NCBI GenBank assembly: GCA_964016885.1
Contig: OZ024743.1
Span: forward strand, 312,294,001 to 312,358,000
Length of the DNA stretch: 64,000 bases
DNA from: Eledone cirrhosa
Taxonomy: Eukaryota
Reading direction: 5' to 3'
Position 1 is the stretch's first letter, and each line of letters opens with the position of its first letter. Below are positions 63,408 through 64,000 of the stretch, one piece after another. The position numbers were made by a program, and so were the translations under genes. A model generated the notes under the pieces. It was not told the origin of the DNA, did no database searches, and saw nothing but the letters and a program-made list of their open reading frames with translations.

Positions 63408-63962
63408 GGTGGCTGCCAACTCGTTTTCGAGTATGGCCACTACTTTATATCCATGTAGGAGAACCCCTACCGATGCGCTGAACGAGTGACTTTTTAGTCC
63501 AGCCAGCGACTTGAAAATTCTGGTACAAACACTACACTTGTGACAATTATTGACACATAGTGCTGGGCCCATGGTACCATGTGACAACAAGTGCAGAGAG
63601 ATCTCCAGATATAAAGCAATGCCTGTGCTGTGAAGCTTTTATAGTGAGCAAAGGCACTGCACAAAGCCAGTCCCACTCTCTTAACCAAGATGATATTTAC
63701 CAAAGAGAAGAACAAGTCAACATCATTGGATACCATCAGGGTTGCAGGTGTTATATCAGAGTTTTCCTTCTCCTAGAATTCTGCCTTGACAAAGGCTAAG
63801 GGGTCATCTCTCCCGGTGATTTTGGATGGCCATTGACTCTTAAGAACTCCTTTGCCCTTTGACAGGTTTTGTTTTTCTGCAGGATGTCCAAAGTCACCCT
63901 CCTCACCAAGAAACCTTGGTGGGGTTGCCAGTTTAGTCTCGAACGACCCGACCATGAGACAG
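63408..63962 (-). mobile_element. Short internally deleted RTE-like element between (TA)n tracts
   Basis: - strand ends in C2H2-like CSVCTRIFKSLAGLKSH plus GTGGCCATACTCGAAAACGAGTTGGCAGCC. The 5' part resembles an RTE 5' UTR. Confidence 0.5.
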
Positions 63963-64000
63963 ATATATATATATATACACACATACACATATATATATAT

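Overview
AT-rich, microsatellite- and retroelement-dense animal genomic DNA; the repeat content (tRNA-headed Meta-domain and CORE-domain SINEs, RTE/CR1/R4/Tx1 LINEs, Penelope-like elements, (TA)n/(CA)n) suggests a cephalopod, probably Octopus-like (inference). Two host genes are supported. (1) Seven small minus-strand exons (61480 down to 43537) splice in frame into an IQCA1/DRC11-like dynein regulatory complex protein; I found no further exon in 1-43536. (2) An intact 714-aa class B (Methuselah/adhesion-like) GPCR with an uninterrupted CDS at 31442-33586 (+) apparently sits antisense inside that large intron. Most other recognisable features are transposon-derived. Most notable: a PHD finger embedded inside the RT domain of one RTE family; several hammerhead-ribozyme-bearing Penelope-type repeats, including long foldbacks and a conserved non-canonical CAGAAGA core; RTE insertions with two outward-facing 3' tails; a Tx1-type LINE bounded by (TTA)n; and a visible SINE-LINE 3'-tail pair. 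All coordinates were read by eye; exon boundaries were checked for GT-AG and phase, and repeat boundaries are approximate.
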